Origin: Candidatus Hadarchaeota archaeon
GTDB taxonomy: Archaea > Hadarchaeota > Hadarchaeia > Hadarchaeales > JAGGTB01
Assembly: GCA_964554215.1 (NCBI GenBank)
Contig: CAZKND010000001.1
Coordinates: 9,158 to 73,157, forward strand
Length of the DNA: 64,000 bases
Direction of reading: 5' to 3'
Numbering within the stretch: position 1 is the first letter of the stretch; the number at the start of each line of letters is the position of its first letter. Shown in pieces: positions 10,456 to 21,258 of this stretch. Under the pieces are notes generated by a model. That model was given only the letters and a program-made list of their open reading frames with translations, was not told where the DNA came from and searched no databases. The position numbers and the translations under genes are program-made.

Positions 10456-11796
10456 ATGGGAGATTATACCAGGAAAGCTAAAAAACTAATAAAATCCACT
10501 GAGGCCAGTATAGGGGATGAAGTAAAGGTAAAAAAAGAGGGGAAGACGTTCAAGGGTTTATTGATGCCTCAAACAGGCAAAGAAAAAGATAAGCACATTA
10601 TCTTAAAGTTAGAAAATGGTTACAATACTGGAATAAAAATAACAGAAGATTTAGAATTCGAAAAAATAAATGAAGGAAGAGAACCCGAAATAGACAGAAA
10701 AAATGATAATATAGAACCCGATGAAAACAATCCTAATATCTCTATTCTGGGAACTGGAGGAACTGTTGCTTCAAGAGTTGATTATAAAACAGGAGCAGTT
10801 AAACCTACTTTTTCAGCAAGTGAGATATATAGCGCAGCTCCGGAGATTGCAAATATTGCCGATATAAAAGCGAAAACAATCTGTAACGTGCTAAGTGAAA
10901 ATATGTCTCCTGAACTCTGGGAAGAGATAGCTCAAGAAGTAGCAAATGAACTTAATTCCGGGGCCGATGGAGTCGTAATAGCTCATGGTACAGACACTAT
11001 GGGATATACTGCCTCAGCGCTAAGCTTCATCTTGAAAAATCTCTCAAATCCAGTCATATTAGTTGGTTCACAAAGGTCCTCGGACCGTCCCAGTAGCGAC
11101 GCTCCGTTAAATCTGGCGAGCGCTGTTTCAGTGGCCACAACTAACTTTCCAAAAGTAGGGGTCGTAATGCACGGAAGTACTGAGGATGATTTTTGCCTTG
11201 TTCACAAGGGTTCAAAAGTTAGAAAATGTCATACGAGTCGAAGAGATGCATTCCAGACCATAAACGAAAAACCTATCGGAGTAGTGAAAGATCAAAATGT
11301 GGAATTTTTCCAAGATGTTGAGAAGGAAACGTCTGAAAAGGAGGTGGAGGTGGAAGGAGGTTTTGAAGAAAAGGTAGCAATGGTAAAAATACATCCTGGA
11401 ATAGAACCTACTCAAATTAGCCATCTTATAGAAGAAGATTACAAAGGAATTATTTTAGAGGGAACAGGGCTGGGACATGTCCCTGAAGCACTCAATTCGG
11501 AGATAGATAGAGCAATAGAAAACGGCATCTCAGTGGGAATGAGCTCCCAATGTATCTGGGGGAGAACAAATATGAAAGTATATTCCACGGGAAGAAATCT
11601 TTTAGACCTCGGCGTTTATTCGCTCGAAGACATGTTGCCCGAAACTGCTTATGTTAAACTGATGTGGGTATTGAATAAAACTCAAGATAAAGAGAAGGTT
11701 GAAGAGCTCATGAAGACGAATATAGCGGGAGAGATATCTTCCAGAACTTTGCCTGAAGATTTCCTAAAACCCGATCTTCCCTTCGAGGACAGATAA
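10456..11796 (+). CDS. gatD: Glu-tRNA(Gln) amidotransferase subunit D (asparaginase-like)
   Basis: ILGTGGTVASR and GTDTM asparaginase motifs. Sits immediately upstream of gatE. Confidence 0.9.
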   Translation: MGDYTRKAKKLIKSTEASIGDEVKVKKEGKTFKGLLMPQTGKEKDKHIILKLENGYNTGIKITEDLEFEKINEGREPEIDRKNDNIEPDENNPNISILGTGGTVASRVDYKTGAVKPTFSASEIYSAAPEIANIADIKAKTICNVLSENMSPELWEEIAQEVANELNSGADGVVIAHGTDTMGYTASALSFILKNLSNPVILVGSQRSSDRPSSDAPLNLASAVSVATTNFPKVGVVMHGSTEDDFCLVHKGSKVRKCHTSRRDAFQTINEKPIGVVKDQNVEFFQDVEKETSEKEVEVEGGFEEKVAMVKIHPGIEPTQISHLIEEDYKGIILEGTGLGHVPEALNSEIDRAIENGISVGMSSQCIWGRTNMKVYSTGRNLLDLGVYSLEDMLPETAYVKLMWVLNKTQDKEKVEELMKTNIAGEISSRTLPEDFLKPDLPFEDR

Positions 11797-11797
11797 A

Positions 11798-13684
11798 ATG
11801 GAATTGGATTATGAAGAGCTCGGACTCATGGTAGGATTTGAAATTCATCAAGAATTAGATACACACAAACTCTTCTGCGAATGCCCTTCAAAGTTGAGAG
11901 ATGAAGACCCAGACATAATTATAAAACGTGAACTACGGCCCACAGAAAGTGAGATGGGTGAAATTGACCCTGCAGCCCTAGCCGAAGCAGCGAAAAGTAA
12001 AAAATTCAAATATGAAGTCCATCCGGAATCGACCTGTCTGGTGGAACTCGATGAAGAACCTCCTCATCCTCTAAACGAAGACGCAACGGAGATAGCTCTA
12101 GAAGCAGCTCTATTATTAAATGCAGATCCAGCTGACGAAGCTCACGTAATGAGAAAAACTGTAATTGACGGAAGTAACACCACAGGATTTCAGAGAACAG
12201 TTTTACTAGCTACAGACGGCACTATAGAAATTGAAGGCTCAGAAATCGGACTGGATACTCTCTGTCTTGAGGAGGATGCAGCTAGAAAGGTTGAGGAAGA
12301 AGACGAATACGTGAAATTTAGACTGGACCGGTTAGGAATACCCTTACTGGAGATAGCAACGGCACCCGATTTCAGCGATCCTAAAACACCTGCAAAAGCT
12401 GCAGAGAAAATCGGAAAGATCCTAAGAGCTACCGGAAAAATGAAGAGGGGTATTGGAACGATAAGGCAAGATGTTAACGTATCTATTGAAGATGGATCCA
12501 GACAGGAGATTAAAGGCGTGCAAGAACTTTCTCTGATAGAGACTGTAATCGAAAGAGAGGTTCAAAGACAGGTAAGATTGTTGGAGATAAAAGAGGAGTT
12601 GGAGAAAAGAAGCCCTCCAAAACCAGAAGAAAACATTCGCGAAGTCACAAGGGTTTTTGAAGATACTGATTCTAAAATAATCAAAAAGAGTATTTCGGGC
12701 AAAAAAGGTGTTTATGCGATAAAATTAGAAGGATTCAATGGATTATTGGGTAAAGAACTGATTCCCGACCACAGATTCGGAACCGAACTCTCCCAATACG
12801 CTAAGACTTTTGGAAAGGTCAACGGGATTTTTCATACTGACGAACTTCCAAAATTTGGAATAACTGAAGAAGAGGTTCAAGATTTAGAAAATGAAATGGA
12901 CGGGGGCAAAGAAGACGCCATAGTCATCATAGCTGATGAGGAAAATAAGGCCAGAAAGGGATTAGAAGCAGTTATAGATAGAGCTAAAAAAGCCTTTGAG
13001 GGAGTGCCTGAGGAAACAAGGCGTGCCCTTTCCGACGGAAACACTGAATACATGCGCCCGCTTCCAGGATCAGCTAGAATGTATGTAGAAACAGACGTCC
13101 CACCTGTTAAGATAACTGAAGAGAAAATATCAAAAATAGAAAATAATCTACCGGAAAAACCATCTCAGAAAAAAGAGAGATACGAAGATGAAATCGGGTT
13201 GAGCAAGGAACTGGCTAGACAACTAAGCACCTCTAATAAATCTCCTTTCTTTGATGAAATGATAGAAAAATACGATATAGACCCGACTCTCGCCGCTTCA
13301 GTACTCGTCGAAAAGTTGACCAAGCTAGAGGGGGAAGGTGTACAAGTTGAAAACATCACAGAGAAAAACTTGGAGAAAATTTTCGAACTAGTAGATAAAG
13401 ATAAGATTTCCAAAGACGCAATATCATCTCTTCTAGAAGAGACCAGTAAGGGTATCTCTGTAGAAGAAGCTGTAGACTCTCTCGGAATAAGTAAGATGGG
13501 TGAAGAAGAAGTATCAGAGATTATTGAAAATGTAGTGGACGAGAAACAAGAGTTAATCAAGGAAAAAGGTGAAAAAGCGGCTAACGCTTTAATGGGTGTC
13601 GCAATGGGTCGAGTGAAAGGCAAAGCAGATGGAGAAACAGTTCACAAATTGCTAGAAGAGAAAATTGAAAGCAAACTTGAATAA
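11798..13684 (+). CDS. gatE: Glu-tRNA(Gln) amidotransferase subunit E
   Basis: N-terminus MELDYEELGLMVGFEIHQEL typical of GatE. 628 aa. Its start is 2 nt after the gatD stop. Confidence 0.9.
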   Translation: MELDYEELGLMVGFEIHQELDTHKLFCECPSKLRDEDPDIIIKRELRPTESEMGEIDPAALAEAAKSKKFKYEVHPESTCLVELDEEPPHPLNEDATEIALEAALLLNADPADEAHVMRKTVIDGSNTTGFQRTVLLATDGTIEIEGSEIGLDTLCLEEDAARKVEEEDEYVKFRLDRLGIPLLEIATAPDFSDPKTPAKAAEKIGKILRATGKMKRGIGTIRQDVNVSIEDGSRQEIKGVQELSLIETVIEREVQRQVRLLEIKEELEKRSPPKPEENIREVTRVFEDTDSKIIKKSISGKKGVYAIKLEGFNGLLGKELIPDHRFGTELSQYAKTFGKVNGIFHTDELPKFGITEEEVQDLENEMDGGKEDAIVIIADEENKARKGLEAVIDRAKKAFEGVPEETRRALSDGNTEYMRPLPGSARMYVETDVPPVKITEEKISKIENNLPEKPSQKKERYEDEIGLSKELARQLSTSNKSPFFDEMIEKYDIDPTLAASVLVEKLTKLEGEGVQVENITEKNLEKIFELVDKDKISKDAISSLLEETSKGISVEEAVDSLGISKMGEEEVSEIIENVVDEKQELIKEKGEKAANALMGVAMGRVKGKADGETVHKLLEEKIESKLE

Positions 13685-13741
13685 GTCAATAGTAGAACTA
13701 TTCTCAAATCAAACTAAGTTAGAACTATCTCAAAGGCAAAT

Positions 13742-14059
13742 TTAAGTTATCAATCCCATGTCAAACAAAGAATCTCTAAAAGATCTCAAAACTTCTCTAA
13801 TTTCATCTTCACTAGGAGCATAAATTTGAACATAGCCAGAGGGGAATAAAAGAAGATATTTTCCCTTGCCTTCCTCGAATTTCACTACTTCTTTTCCCGA
13901 TGTCCTAACGTTCCGAGCATTATCTACTTTACCTACAATCTCGTCATGATCAACCTCTTGTCTGAGAGAAGAGACCCCACGTACAGATTTTATCTCAGGC
14001 ATATCAAAAACATTGAACAGTCGAGGTATACCCATCGAATTAGAATTGTTCTCTTCCAT
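13742..14059 (-). CDS. small hypothetical protein (about 97-105 aa)
   Basis: ORF with no motif I recognise. An internal ATG (MGIPRLF) could be the real start. Confidence 0.35.
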   Translation of the reverse strand: MEENNSNSMGIPRLFNVFDMPEIKSVRGVSSLRQEVDHDEIVGKVDNARNVRTSGKEVVKFEEGKGKYLLLFPSGYVQIYAPSEDEIREVLRSFRDSLFDMGLIT

Positions 14060-14253
14060 ACTTCCATCTAAACAATTGATGAAAACCGACTAAAAATATT
14101 AACTGTAACATTCCAAATCGATTTACAAAATAACTAAAATGGTCCAACAGAAAAAAGATTCACAACCCAATTTCATAAAAAATTCTAAAGCCCTTGAGTA
14201 AAACTTGGTAAAAAGTTATAAACTTTCTAAACTTACGACCATGTGCAGATACA

Positions 14254-15273
14254 ATGACTTGTAGAATAGTCACCGGTGGACAATGGGGCGATGAGGGAAA
14301 AGGCAAAATAGCTTCTTATTTAGCTCTAGAAGATGAACCTTCTGTAGTGGGACGAAGTGGAGTAGGACCAAACGCAGGACATTCCCTTGAATGGGATGGT
14401 AAAGAATTTGGTCTAAGAGAAATCTCATGTGGATTTATCCAAGAGAAAAGTGAAGTTCTAATTGGACCTGGAGTTTTGGTAAATCCTGAAGTATTTCTCG
14501 ATGAAGTGGAAAAAACGGGTATCGAAGACAGAATTGGTGTAGACCCTAAATGTCCTATTATCGAAGAAAAACATATTGAAGAAGATAAAAGTTCTGATCA
14601 TTTGAATGACGAAATCGGAAGCACTGGTACCGGATGTGGACCAGCTAATTCGGAAAGAGCTAACCGATCCATCAAATTAGCGGAAGAGGTAGATGAACTA
14701 GATGAGTTCATAACTGATGTTCCTAAAAGAATGAATGAAGCAATAGAATCAGGAGAAGATGTTCTTATAGAAGGATCACAAGGATTTGGACTTTCCCTTT
14801 ACTTCGGAACCTATCCATATGTCACCAGTAAAGACATTACCGCTAGTTCGCTAGCTGCGGATGTTGGAGTAGGACCAACAAATGTTGATGAAGTAATCCT
14901 TGTTCTAAAAGCGTTTATTAGTAGAGTTGGAGAGGGACCTTTCCCAACTGAAATATCCACAGAAGAGGCTGAAGAGATGGGCTTAACAGAATATGCCACC
15001 GTTACGGGCAGAAAACGTCGTATAGGAAAGTTCGACTTCGATTTCGCAAAAAGGTCCGCTATGATCAATAGTGCGACGCAGATAGCTTTGACAAATATAG
15101 ATAGACTATTTGATGGAAATGAAGGAGTTACAGATTATGAAGAACTCACTTCAGAAGCCAAAGAGTTCATTGGAGAAGTTGAGGAAAAACTCGATATCCC
15201 TGTCACACTGATTTCTACAGGCCCAGAAACGGAAGACACGATAGATTTGAGATCTGAAAAAGTGTCTGAATGA
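14254..15273 (+). CDS. purA: adenylosuccinate synthetase (short archaeal form)
   Basis: [12 protein letters not shown]-loop signature at the N-terminus. 339 aa. Confidence 0.9.
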   Translation: MTCRIVTGGQWGDEGKGKIASYLALEDEPSVVGRSGVGPNAGHSLEWDGKEFGLREISCGFIQEKSEVLIGPGVLVNPEVFLDEVEKTGIEDRIGVDPKCPIIEEKHIEEDKSSDHLNDEIGSTGTGCGPANSERANRSIKLAEEVDELDEFITDVPKRMNEAIESGEDVLIEGSQGFGLSLYFGTYPYVTSKDITASSLAADVGVGPTNVDEVILVLKAFISRVGEGPFPTEISTEEAEEMGLTEYATVTGRKRRIGKFDFDFAKRSAMINSATQIALTNIDRLFDGNEGVTDYEELTSEAKEFIGEVEEKLDIPVTLISTGPETEDTIDLRSEKVSE

Positions 15274-15305
15274 GTGTAAAGACGGGCATAGTTTAAAACG
15301 ACTTA

Positions 15306-16469
15306 GTGTTTAACATTTTACTAGGTGAATATAGATTGACGGTTTACATCGGAGAATGTCCATTAGGCGTATTTGCTTTCGATAATCAGCTCAATTTGAT
15401 AGAATCTGAACCATTCTCAAATGATACTAGGGAAATCGCCAATAAGATGTACAAAATACAGGAGGACGAACCTACTAAAGAACATTTTCAGCTTTTTGAA
15501 AAACTGATGGAAGAAAACGGTGAAAGCTTTTCGCTGGAATCGAAACAAATCGCGTCTGAAATACAGAAAAAGTTTGAAAATGTCGAAATTGAGATAGAAG
15601 TCCCAAATCCGGCGAATGAAAAATTAAGATCTTCGATGAGAGAAATTGGTAAAGATTTAGAGTTTGACGACGTACATCAGCTAATTCGAGATGTTAACAT
15701 CCTAATGACTAGGAAAGCTCTAAAAAGAGAAGCATCCGAGCGAGATAAGATAATAATAGAAACCATAGACATCATAGACGAGCTAGATGAAACAATAAAC
15801 TCTCTATACGGACGGATAGAAGAATGGTATGGAATACACTTCCCTGAATTAGAAAGACATATTTCTGAAAACTCAAAATACCTTCAATTAATATCAGAGC
15901 TAGGAAATAGAGAAAAATTCACTAAAGAAGAACTAATAGATTTAGATTTACCTGAAAAAAAAGCAGAAAGGATAGAAAACGATTCTAATAACTCTATAGG
16001 AGCTGAATTTGACGAAAAAGATATCGGAGCAATACAAGAAAATGTGCAAAAGGTCCGAGGACTCGAAGAATCCAGAAAAGAAACAGTTGAGTATCTAGAC
16101 GGTTTGATGGAACAAGTAGCTCCAAATATCAAAACACTCGTTGGGGGGCCTCTAGGCGCTAGACTGATTTCTCTTGCAGGAGGGTTGAAAGAACTAGCAA
16201 AAAAACCGTCAAGCACTATTCAAGTCCTAGGTGCCGAAAAAGCTCTCTTCAGATCTCTTAACGAAGGTGCCAAACCACCTAAACACGGGATAATTTTCCA
16301 ATACCCGGATATTAGAGGAGCTCCTGAGAGAAAAAGAGGAAAAATAGCCAGAGCCTTAGCCGGGAAAATCACGATAGCTGCCAGAGTGGACTCAATGTCC
16401 GGAAAATTTGTAGGGGACAAACTCAATAAAGAGTTGAAAGACAGGATAGAATCAATCAAGGAGGAATAG
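15306..16469 (+). CDS. nop5: Nop5/Nop56/58 C/D-box snoRNP protein
   Basis: Nop domain GAEKALFRSL ... GKIARALAGKITIAARVD. GTG start in the track; a TTG 10 codons downstream is also possible. Followed directly by fibrillarin. Confidence 0.85.
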   Translation: MFNILLGEYRLTVYIGECPLGVFAFDNQLNLIESEPFSNDTREIANKMYKIQEDEPTKEHFQLFEKLMEENGESFSLESKQIASEIQKKFENVEIEIEVPNPANEKLRSSMREIGKDLEFDDVHQLIRDVNILMTRKALKREASERDKIIIETIDIIDELDETINSLYGRIEEWYGIHFPELERHISENSKYLQLISELGNREKFTKEELIDLDLPEKKAERIENDSNNSIGAEFDEKDIGAIQENVQKVRGLEESRKETVEYLDGLMEQVAPNIKTLVGGPLGARLISLAGGLKELAKKPSSTIQVLGAEKALFRSLNEGAKPPKHGIIFQYPDIRGAPERKRGKIARALAGKITIAARVDSMSGKFVGDKLNKELKDRIESIKEE

Positions 16470-17159
16470 GTGTTTCAAATGATAGTTGAAGAACATAAAG
16501 ATTTTGAAGGTGTATATTGGATAGAATTCGAAGAAGGGAAAAAGAACCTTGCAACAAAAAACCTCTCTCCAGGAAATCAAGTTTATGAAGAAAAATTAGT
16601 CGAGTATCGAGGGGACGAATACAGAGTTTGGAACCCATATCGTAGCAAATTAGGAGCCGGGATACTGAGAGATATAGAAAATCTGCCCATTTCTGAAGGG
16701 GACAAAGTACTATATCTAGGTGCAGCCAACGGAACAACCGCCAGCCATATCTCAGACATTGTAGGCGAAAGCGGGATGGTTTACTGCGTAGAAATATCAT
16801 CAAGACCCCTGAGAGACTTGCTAGTAACTTCAGAACAGAGGCCTAATATGGCTCCAATACTTTCTGATGCTCAAAAAACAGAGAAATATAGAGCTACTAT
16901 TGAAGAAGTGGACCTGGTTTACCAAGATGTGGCTCATCCTGAACAGACCAATATAGCTCTTGAGAATACGAGAACTTTCCTCAAAGATAATGGAAAAGCG
17001 ATTATTGCCCTCAAAGCTAGAAGCATAGATGTTACAAAAGATCCTAGAGAGATATTCAGAAACGAAATGGAAAAAATAGAAGAAAAGATGGAAATAATCG
17101 AATCAAAGCTCTTGGATCCGTATGAAGAGGACCATGCGCTAGTAATTTCGGAAAAATAA
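16470..17159 (+). CDS. flpA: fibrillarin rRNA/tRNA 2'-O-methyltransferase
   Basis: YRVWNPYRSKLGAGIL ... VLYLGAANGTTASHISDIVG SAM-binding region. Classic nop5-flpA pair. Confidence 0.9.
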   Translation: MFQMIVEEHKDFEGVYWIEFEEGKKNLATKNLSPGNQVYEEKLVEYRGDEYRVWNPYRSKLGAGILRDIENLPISEGDKVLYLGAANGTTASHISDIVGESGMVYCVEISSRPLRDLLVTSEQRPNMAPILSDAQKTEKYRATIEEVDLVYQDVAHPEQTNIALENTRTFLKDNGKAIIALKARSIDVTKDPREIFRNEMEKIEEKMEIIESKLLDPYEEDHALVISEK

Positions 17160-17176
17160 TTTTTTTAGAAAAAAAT

Positions 17177-18223
17177 TTATCTTGTTGTTACTTCAACGCC
17201 GTCTTCAGTAACTATCATAGTGTGTTCTGCTTGGGCTACTATTCCGTCATCAACTTCTTTCAAAACGTAATAAGGTTTAATTGCTTCTGAAGCCACCATC
17301 TCTCTCAGTGTCATTTGTAGTCGAATTCTTGAAAGATCCTGAGTCAACCATCTCTCTGCAAATGGCAAGCCCTTATATTTACCTTTAATTTTCCTAAGGG
17401 TTTGTTGAGCCATCCTTCCAGATACAGATCCTCCGCCTACTGTCTTGAAAATGTAAATCTCTTGCATATCCTCCACCTCTCCTTCACCATCTGTTATGAA
17501 AGGTTCTACAGCAATAACTTCTCCTTCCTCCAACTCCACATCCGTATCTTTCTCAACGTTAGGTATTGAAATACCGCCGTGAAGTGAATACTGCTTCAAA
17601 TTATGGCCGGTCAAGTTTTCAATAGAATTATACCCATTCTCTTCGGCTTTTTCTTCTACAATTCTTCCTATCTCTCCTATGTTGACACCGGGTTCAATAA
17701 AGTCAATCAATTCCTCCAAAATTTCATCAATCGTTTCAATCATATCCTCTTTCTTTCTCAACAATTTTTCTTCCTCGCTCAACTCCTCTTCCTCGTCTTC
17801 CTGTTCTTCCTGATTTTCCTCTTCCTGCTCATCTTCACTTGCTTCATCTTCTTCTGAGATTTCTTCATCTTCTTCCTCTTCATCCTCTTCTTCATCTTTT
17901 GTCGCTAGAGTAGTCGTAGCCATATCAGCTATATATCCATTAACATGGACACCTAAATCGACTTTAACGACATCTCCATCTTCTATAACCGTATCATCTT
18001 CTTCGGAAGGAGTGTAATGAGCAGCTTTTTCATTTATCGATATATTGCAAGGGAAAGCCGGTTTTGCATCTTCCTCTTCTATTCGCTCTTCAACAGTCTC
18101 CGCTATATCGAGAAGTTTTACGCCGGGTTCTACCATTTCTTTAGCTTCTTCCATAACTTCTGAAGCTATTTCCCCAGCTTCACGATACTTACCGATTTCA
18201 TCCTCATCTAGTTCTTTTGACAT
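17177..18223 (-). CDS. map: type 2 methionine aminopeptidase with an internal poly-acidic insertion
   Basis: VDLGVHVNGYIADMA and LTGHNLKQYSLHGGISIPN match the archaeal MetAP2 core. A roughly 55-residue D/E-only stretch lies between them. Confidence 0.85.
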   Translation of the reverse strand: MSKELDEDEIGKYREAGEIASEVMEEAKEMVEPGVKLLDIAETVEERIEEEDAKPAFPCNISINEKAAHYTPSEEDDTVIEDGDVVKVDLGVHVNGYIADMATTTLATKDEEEDEEEEDEEISEEDEASEDEQEEENQEEQEDEEEELSEEEKLLRKKEDMIETIDEILEELIDFIEPGVNIGEIGRIVEEKAEENGYNSIENLTGHNLKQYSLHGGISIPNVEKDTDVELEEGEVIAVEPFITDGEGEVEDMQEIYIFKTVGGGSVSGRMAQQTLRKIKGKYKGLPFAERWLTQDLSRIRLQMTLREMVASEAIKPYYVLKEVDDGIVAQAEHTMIVTEDGVEVTTR

Positions 18224-18314
18224 CGATGAGTGTTTAAACCCAATTTGATAAAAAAGATACGGTTCGCATTAGGAAATCATGACCCTAATTATTACCTAAC
18301 AGGAGAACTAAATA

Positions 18315-18737
18315 TTGAAACAATACATGGATATAGAAAAATCATTTCTGACGGAAAAACAAATCGAAGTACTGAAGCTACGAGCAAGGGGAAAGACCCA
18401 AGCTGAGATAGCTAGAGAACTTCAAACATCCAGATCAAACATCCACTCTATCGAAAAAAGAGCTAAAGAAAATATAGAAAAAGCAGAAAACACATTGAAG
18501 ATTTCCAAGAAGATAAAATCACCAGTAATGGTGAAAATCAAAATTAATGAAGACATTATGGAAGGGTCAAAAAAGCTCCTTTCAAAAGCCGACGAAAAAG
18601 AAATACATGTTTCTTCAGACATGCCAGAACTGATCTCTAAAATTAGAAACGAAGCAGAAGGCAAACTGGAAGGTAGAAGAGCCATCAAAGAAATCGAACT
18701 ATACTTATCTCCAAACGGCAAAGTACTAGTTTCGTAA
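18315..18737 (+). CDS. tfx: Tfx-family DNA-binding protein
   Basis: SFLTEKQIEVLKLRARGKTQAEIARELQTSRSNIHSIEKRAKENIEKAENTL closely matches the Methanothermobacter Tfx N-terminal HTH. Confidence 0.75.
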   Translation: MKQYMDIEKSFLTEKQIEVLKLRARGKTQAEIARELQTSRSNIHSIEKRAKENIEKAENTLKISKKIKSPVMVKIKINEDIMEGSKKLLSKADEKEIHVSSDMPELISKIRNEAEGKLEGRRAIKEIELYLSPNGKVLVS

Positions 18738-18738
18738 A

Positions 18739-21168
18739 TCAGTTCCCGAAAGAACTCAAAGAAGTCTGCCTAGTATCCTCATATCTCAACTCTTCTTCCG
18801 AATAACCCAAAACCTCCATCACCCTCATAACCGCAGGTAAAATCTGATTCTCAATATAGTAGTCCGGGTCGTATTCTCTATCCCCAAAAAGAGAGACAGG
18901 TATAGACTTATCACCCACATTACCTGAGCCTTTCTCCACAATATACCTAATAGTCATCTCAGGCTCAATCTCTTCACCGGCATCACGTAACCTCTTAGCC
19001 GCAACCACATGAGGGCCCTCAGATTCATACTCCTCTATAGGCTTTTTCAAACGAGTGTGGATCACCAACCTCTCCGGGTCCACATCTCCTTTCTCAACCT
19101 TCTTAGTCACCTCTTGAACTATCTCAGCAGCCTTTTCTGGAGAACCCTCATCTAATACAGCTTTCAGCACCCTTTCTTGAGTATCTTTCGCGAGCTCGGC
19201 CCAGTCTCGTCTGACGAACTCGAGGCCCTTAACCTCCATCTTACCATCTTCGTCGACCATAGCGTATCTTTTCTTAGAAACAAAGACCCCACGCTTGTAG
19301 AAACCTTCAAACTCCAGCTCCATTATGCCCGGCATGTCATCATTGATCTTTTTCAAGAAGTCTTGGACTTGACCCTCGTCCTTATCTCCCACCTTACACA
19401 ACAAACTGTCCGTATCACCATACACCACATCGAAACCGTCCTCTTCCGCCTGTTCTATGGTTTCCTTTATATAGTGGCGGCCGAAACTAGTGACACTTTC
19501 CGCACACTCCTTAGAATACCACCTGGCTCGAGAATAACCCAACATGCCGTAAAAAGAGTTCGCTATTATCTTCAAAGCCCACTGCCTATTGTTTATAGAT
19601 TGATAATCTCCACTATCCTCATCCATATCCGCCATTTCTTCCTTCAAATCTGCTCTTTCACTTATTATCGACCTCAAGGCTTCAGGGATAAAACCGGTCT
19701 TGTTCTGACAGAACTCGTAATCCAGATTGGGTGCCTGAACAGCATCTTCCGAATCGCAACAATCACAGTCTATAGTCGCGGGATCTATGTTATGGGTGAC
19801 AATTATGGTAGGATATAGAGAACGAAAATCGAAGACAGCTAAATCCTCATGCAATCCTGTATCCGGTTCCTTAACATATCCTCCAACGTAACTATTCCCT
19901 CTCCTACGCTTGTATTCATCACCTATAGGACGGGCCGGAACAAGTTCTCCATCTTCGTGGGCCCTGAAAACCAACAACCATTCCACTAACTGTCCTGGAG
20001 TCATCCGGCTGACATCGAACAGAGACTGTTTAACAGTCCTACTTAGTTCAGAAACAAGTGGGAATATTTCCATCCCTATGTCTAAGGAAGCTTGAGAATC
20101 CGACAAAGAATACTTTAGTAATTTCCTACCTTTCTCACCTTCCTCATCCCATGCCAAAGAAATATCGTCTTTCTTTATATCGGGTTTCGTTTTATCCAAC
20201 ATGTGTTCGTAAACATTTTCAAGATCATAATCTATCAGACGAATTGCACCTATCCTTGAGAGAAAATCAACCATAGCATAAACATCTATATGGGGACGTC
20301 CCGGAACTCGAGTTACGGTCTCAAACCTTCTCCTTCTCGAAGATATCTCCCCGCCATTGCGGCCTAAGGTTAGCTTCACGCCCAACTCTTCGGCCCTATC
20401 TTCCAAATAAGGAAAATCAAAAAGGTCCGTATTGTACCCTGTTATAACGTCAAAATTCTGATCCTCCACGATTTGCACAAATCTTTCTAAAAGTTTCCTC
20501 TCGTCTCTAACTACCTCTACAAAATCTTCATCAGAATCGAAATCTTTCCATGTCAAAACTTTTTCATAACCCTGATTGCTCACTATGCTTAACATTATCA
20601 CAGGGTCTTCTTCCGATCTAGGTTCACCTTCAGGATTGTAGGCTTCGATATCGAAACTCATAATGTTTAAGTCTTCATCGACTTTTTCTACAGATTCCGG
20701 AGGTTTTGTAGCAATGAGTTTCCGGTCATCTTCATCACCCTTAAACTCCCCTTCGACCTCTACCCCACTCATAGAAGTCAAACCATGGTCGATAAGATAT
20801 CTTCGAGCCGGAGGTATGTCATGTTCAAACACATCCTCGACATCAGGACGATTCCAAATCTCCTTTCTCAGAGGTGTGATATGTAGAGGATTATTCACAG
20901 TGATTTTAACTACTTCTTCCAACTCTCCTAAATGCTTCTTCTCAACAACTTCAGTAGAACGGGGTTTAACATCCTCACCCCTCCAATCACCTTCAACATC
21001 TTCCAAAGATTCCGCTAATTCATGAGGATTCTGAGAAGAAGCGAAAAAATAATGACGAAAATTAGGATCTAAAACGGTGAAAATTTCCCCCTCACTCTTT
21101 ATAAATAGCCTCATACAAGGGGGGCTTCTATATTTCAAATAATCACTATCTAGTAGTAACCCACGCAT
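18739..21168 (-). CDS. polB: family B DNA polymerase
   Basis: Exo motif FDIEAYN. Motif A DFRSLYPTIIVTHNI. Motif C YGDTDS. I chose the ATG start (MRGLLLDSDY); the track ORF begins at a TTG at 21216. Confidence 0.85.
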   Translation of the reverse strand: MRGLLLDSDYLKYRSPPCMRLFIKSEGEIFTVLDPNFRHYFFASSQNPHELAESLEDVEGDWRGEDVKPRSTEVVEKKHLGELEEVVKITVNNPLHITPLRKEIWNRPDVEDVFEHDIPPARRYLIDHGLTSMSGVEVEGEFKGDEDDRKLIATKPPESVEKVDEDLNIMSFDIEAYNPEGEPRSEEDPVIMLSIVSNQGYEKVLTWKDFDSDEDFVEVVRDERKLLERFVQIVEDQNFDVITGYNTDLFDFPYLEDRAEELGVKLTLGRNGGEISSRRRRFETVTRVPGRPHIDVYAMVDFLSRIGAIRLIDYDLENVYEHMLDKTKPDIKKDDISLAWDEEGEKGRKLLKYSLSDSQASLDIGMEIFPLVSELSRTVKQSLFDVSRMTPGQLVEWLLVFRAHEDGELVPARPIGDEYKRRRGNSYVGGYVKEPDTGLHEDLAVFDFRSLYPTIIVTHNIDPATIDCDCCDSEDAVQAPNLDYEFCQNKTGFIPEALRSIISERADLKEEMADMDEDSGDYQSINNRQWALKIIANSFYGMLGYSRARWYSKECAESVTSFGRHYIKETIEQAEEDGFDVVYGDTDSLLCKVGDKDEGQVQDFLKKINDDMPGIMELEFEGFYKRGVFVSKKRYAMVDEDGKMEVKGLEFVRRDWAELAKDTQERVLKAVLDEGSPEKAAEIVQEVTKKVEKGDVDPERLVIHTRLKKPIEEYESEGPHVVAAKRLRDAGEEIEPEMTIRYIVEKGSGNVGDKSIPVSLFGDREYDPDYYIENQILPAVMRVMEVLGYSEEELRYEDTRQTSLSSFGN

Positions 21169-21258
21169 TTTGCCAACCAAGTAAATATCAGAGGGATGCA
21201 AGTTAAAATCTTTCAAATTTGCAAAATTATTTACCTATTCATAAGGAGAATTAAAAAC

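Noticed and set aside
13165-13623. Many antisense or overlapping ORFs in the track (for example 13165-13623, 19177-19818, 24095-24670, 39637-40089, 40463-40870, 47404-48424, 58721-59392, 59421-59948)
   Set aside because: They lie entirely inside, and antisense to, well-supported conserved genes. They have low-complexity Ser/Leu-rich translations typical of the opposite strand of E/K-rich genes, and they have no RBS. I treat them as spurious.
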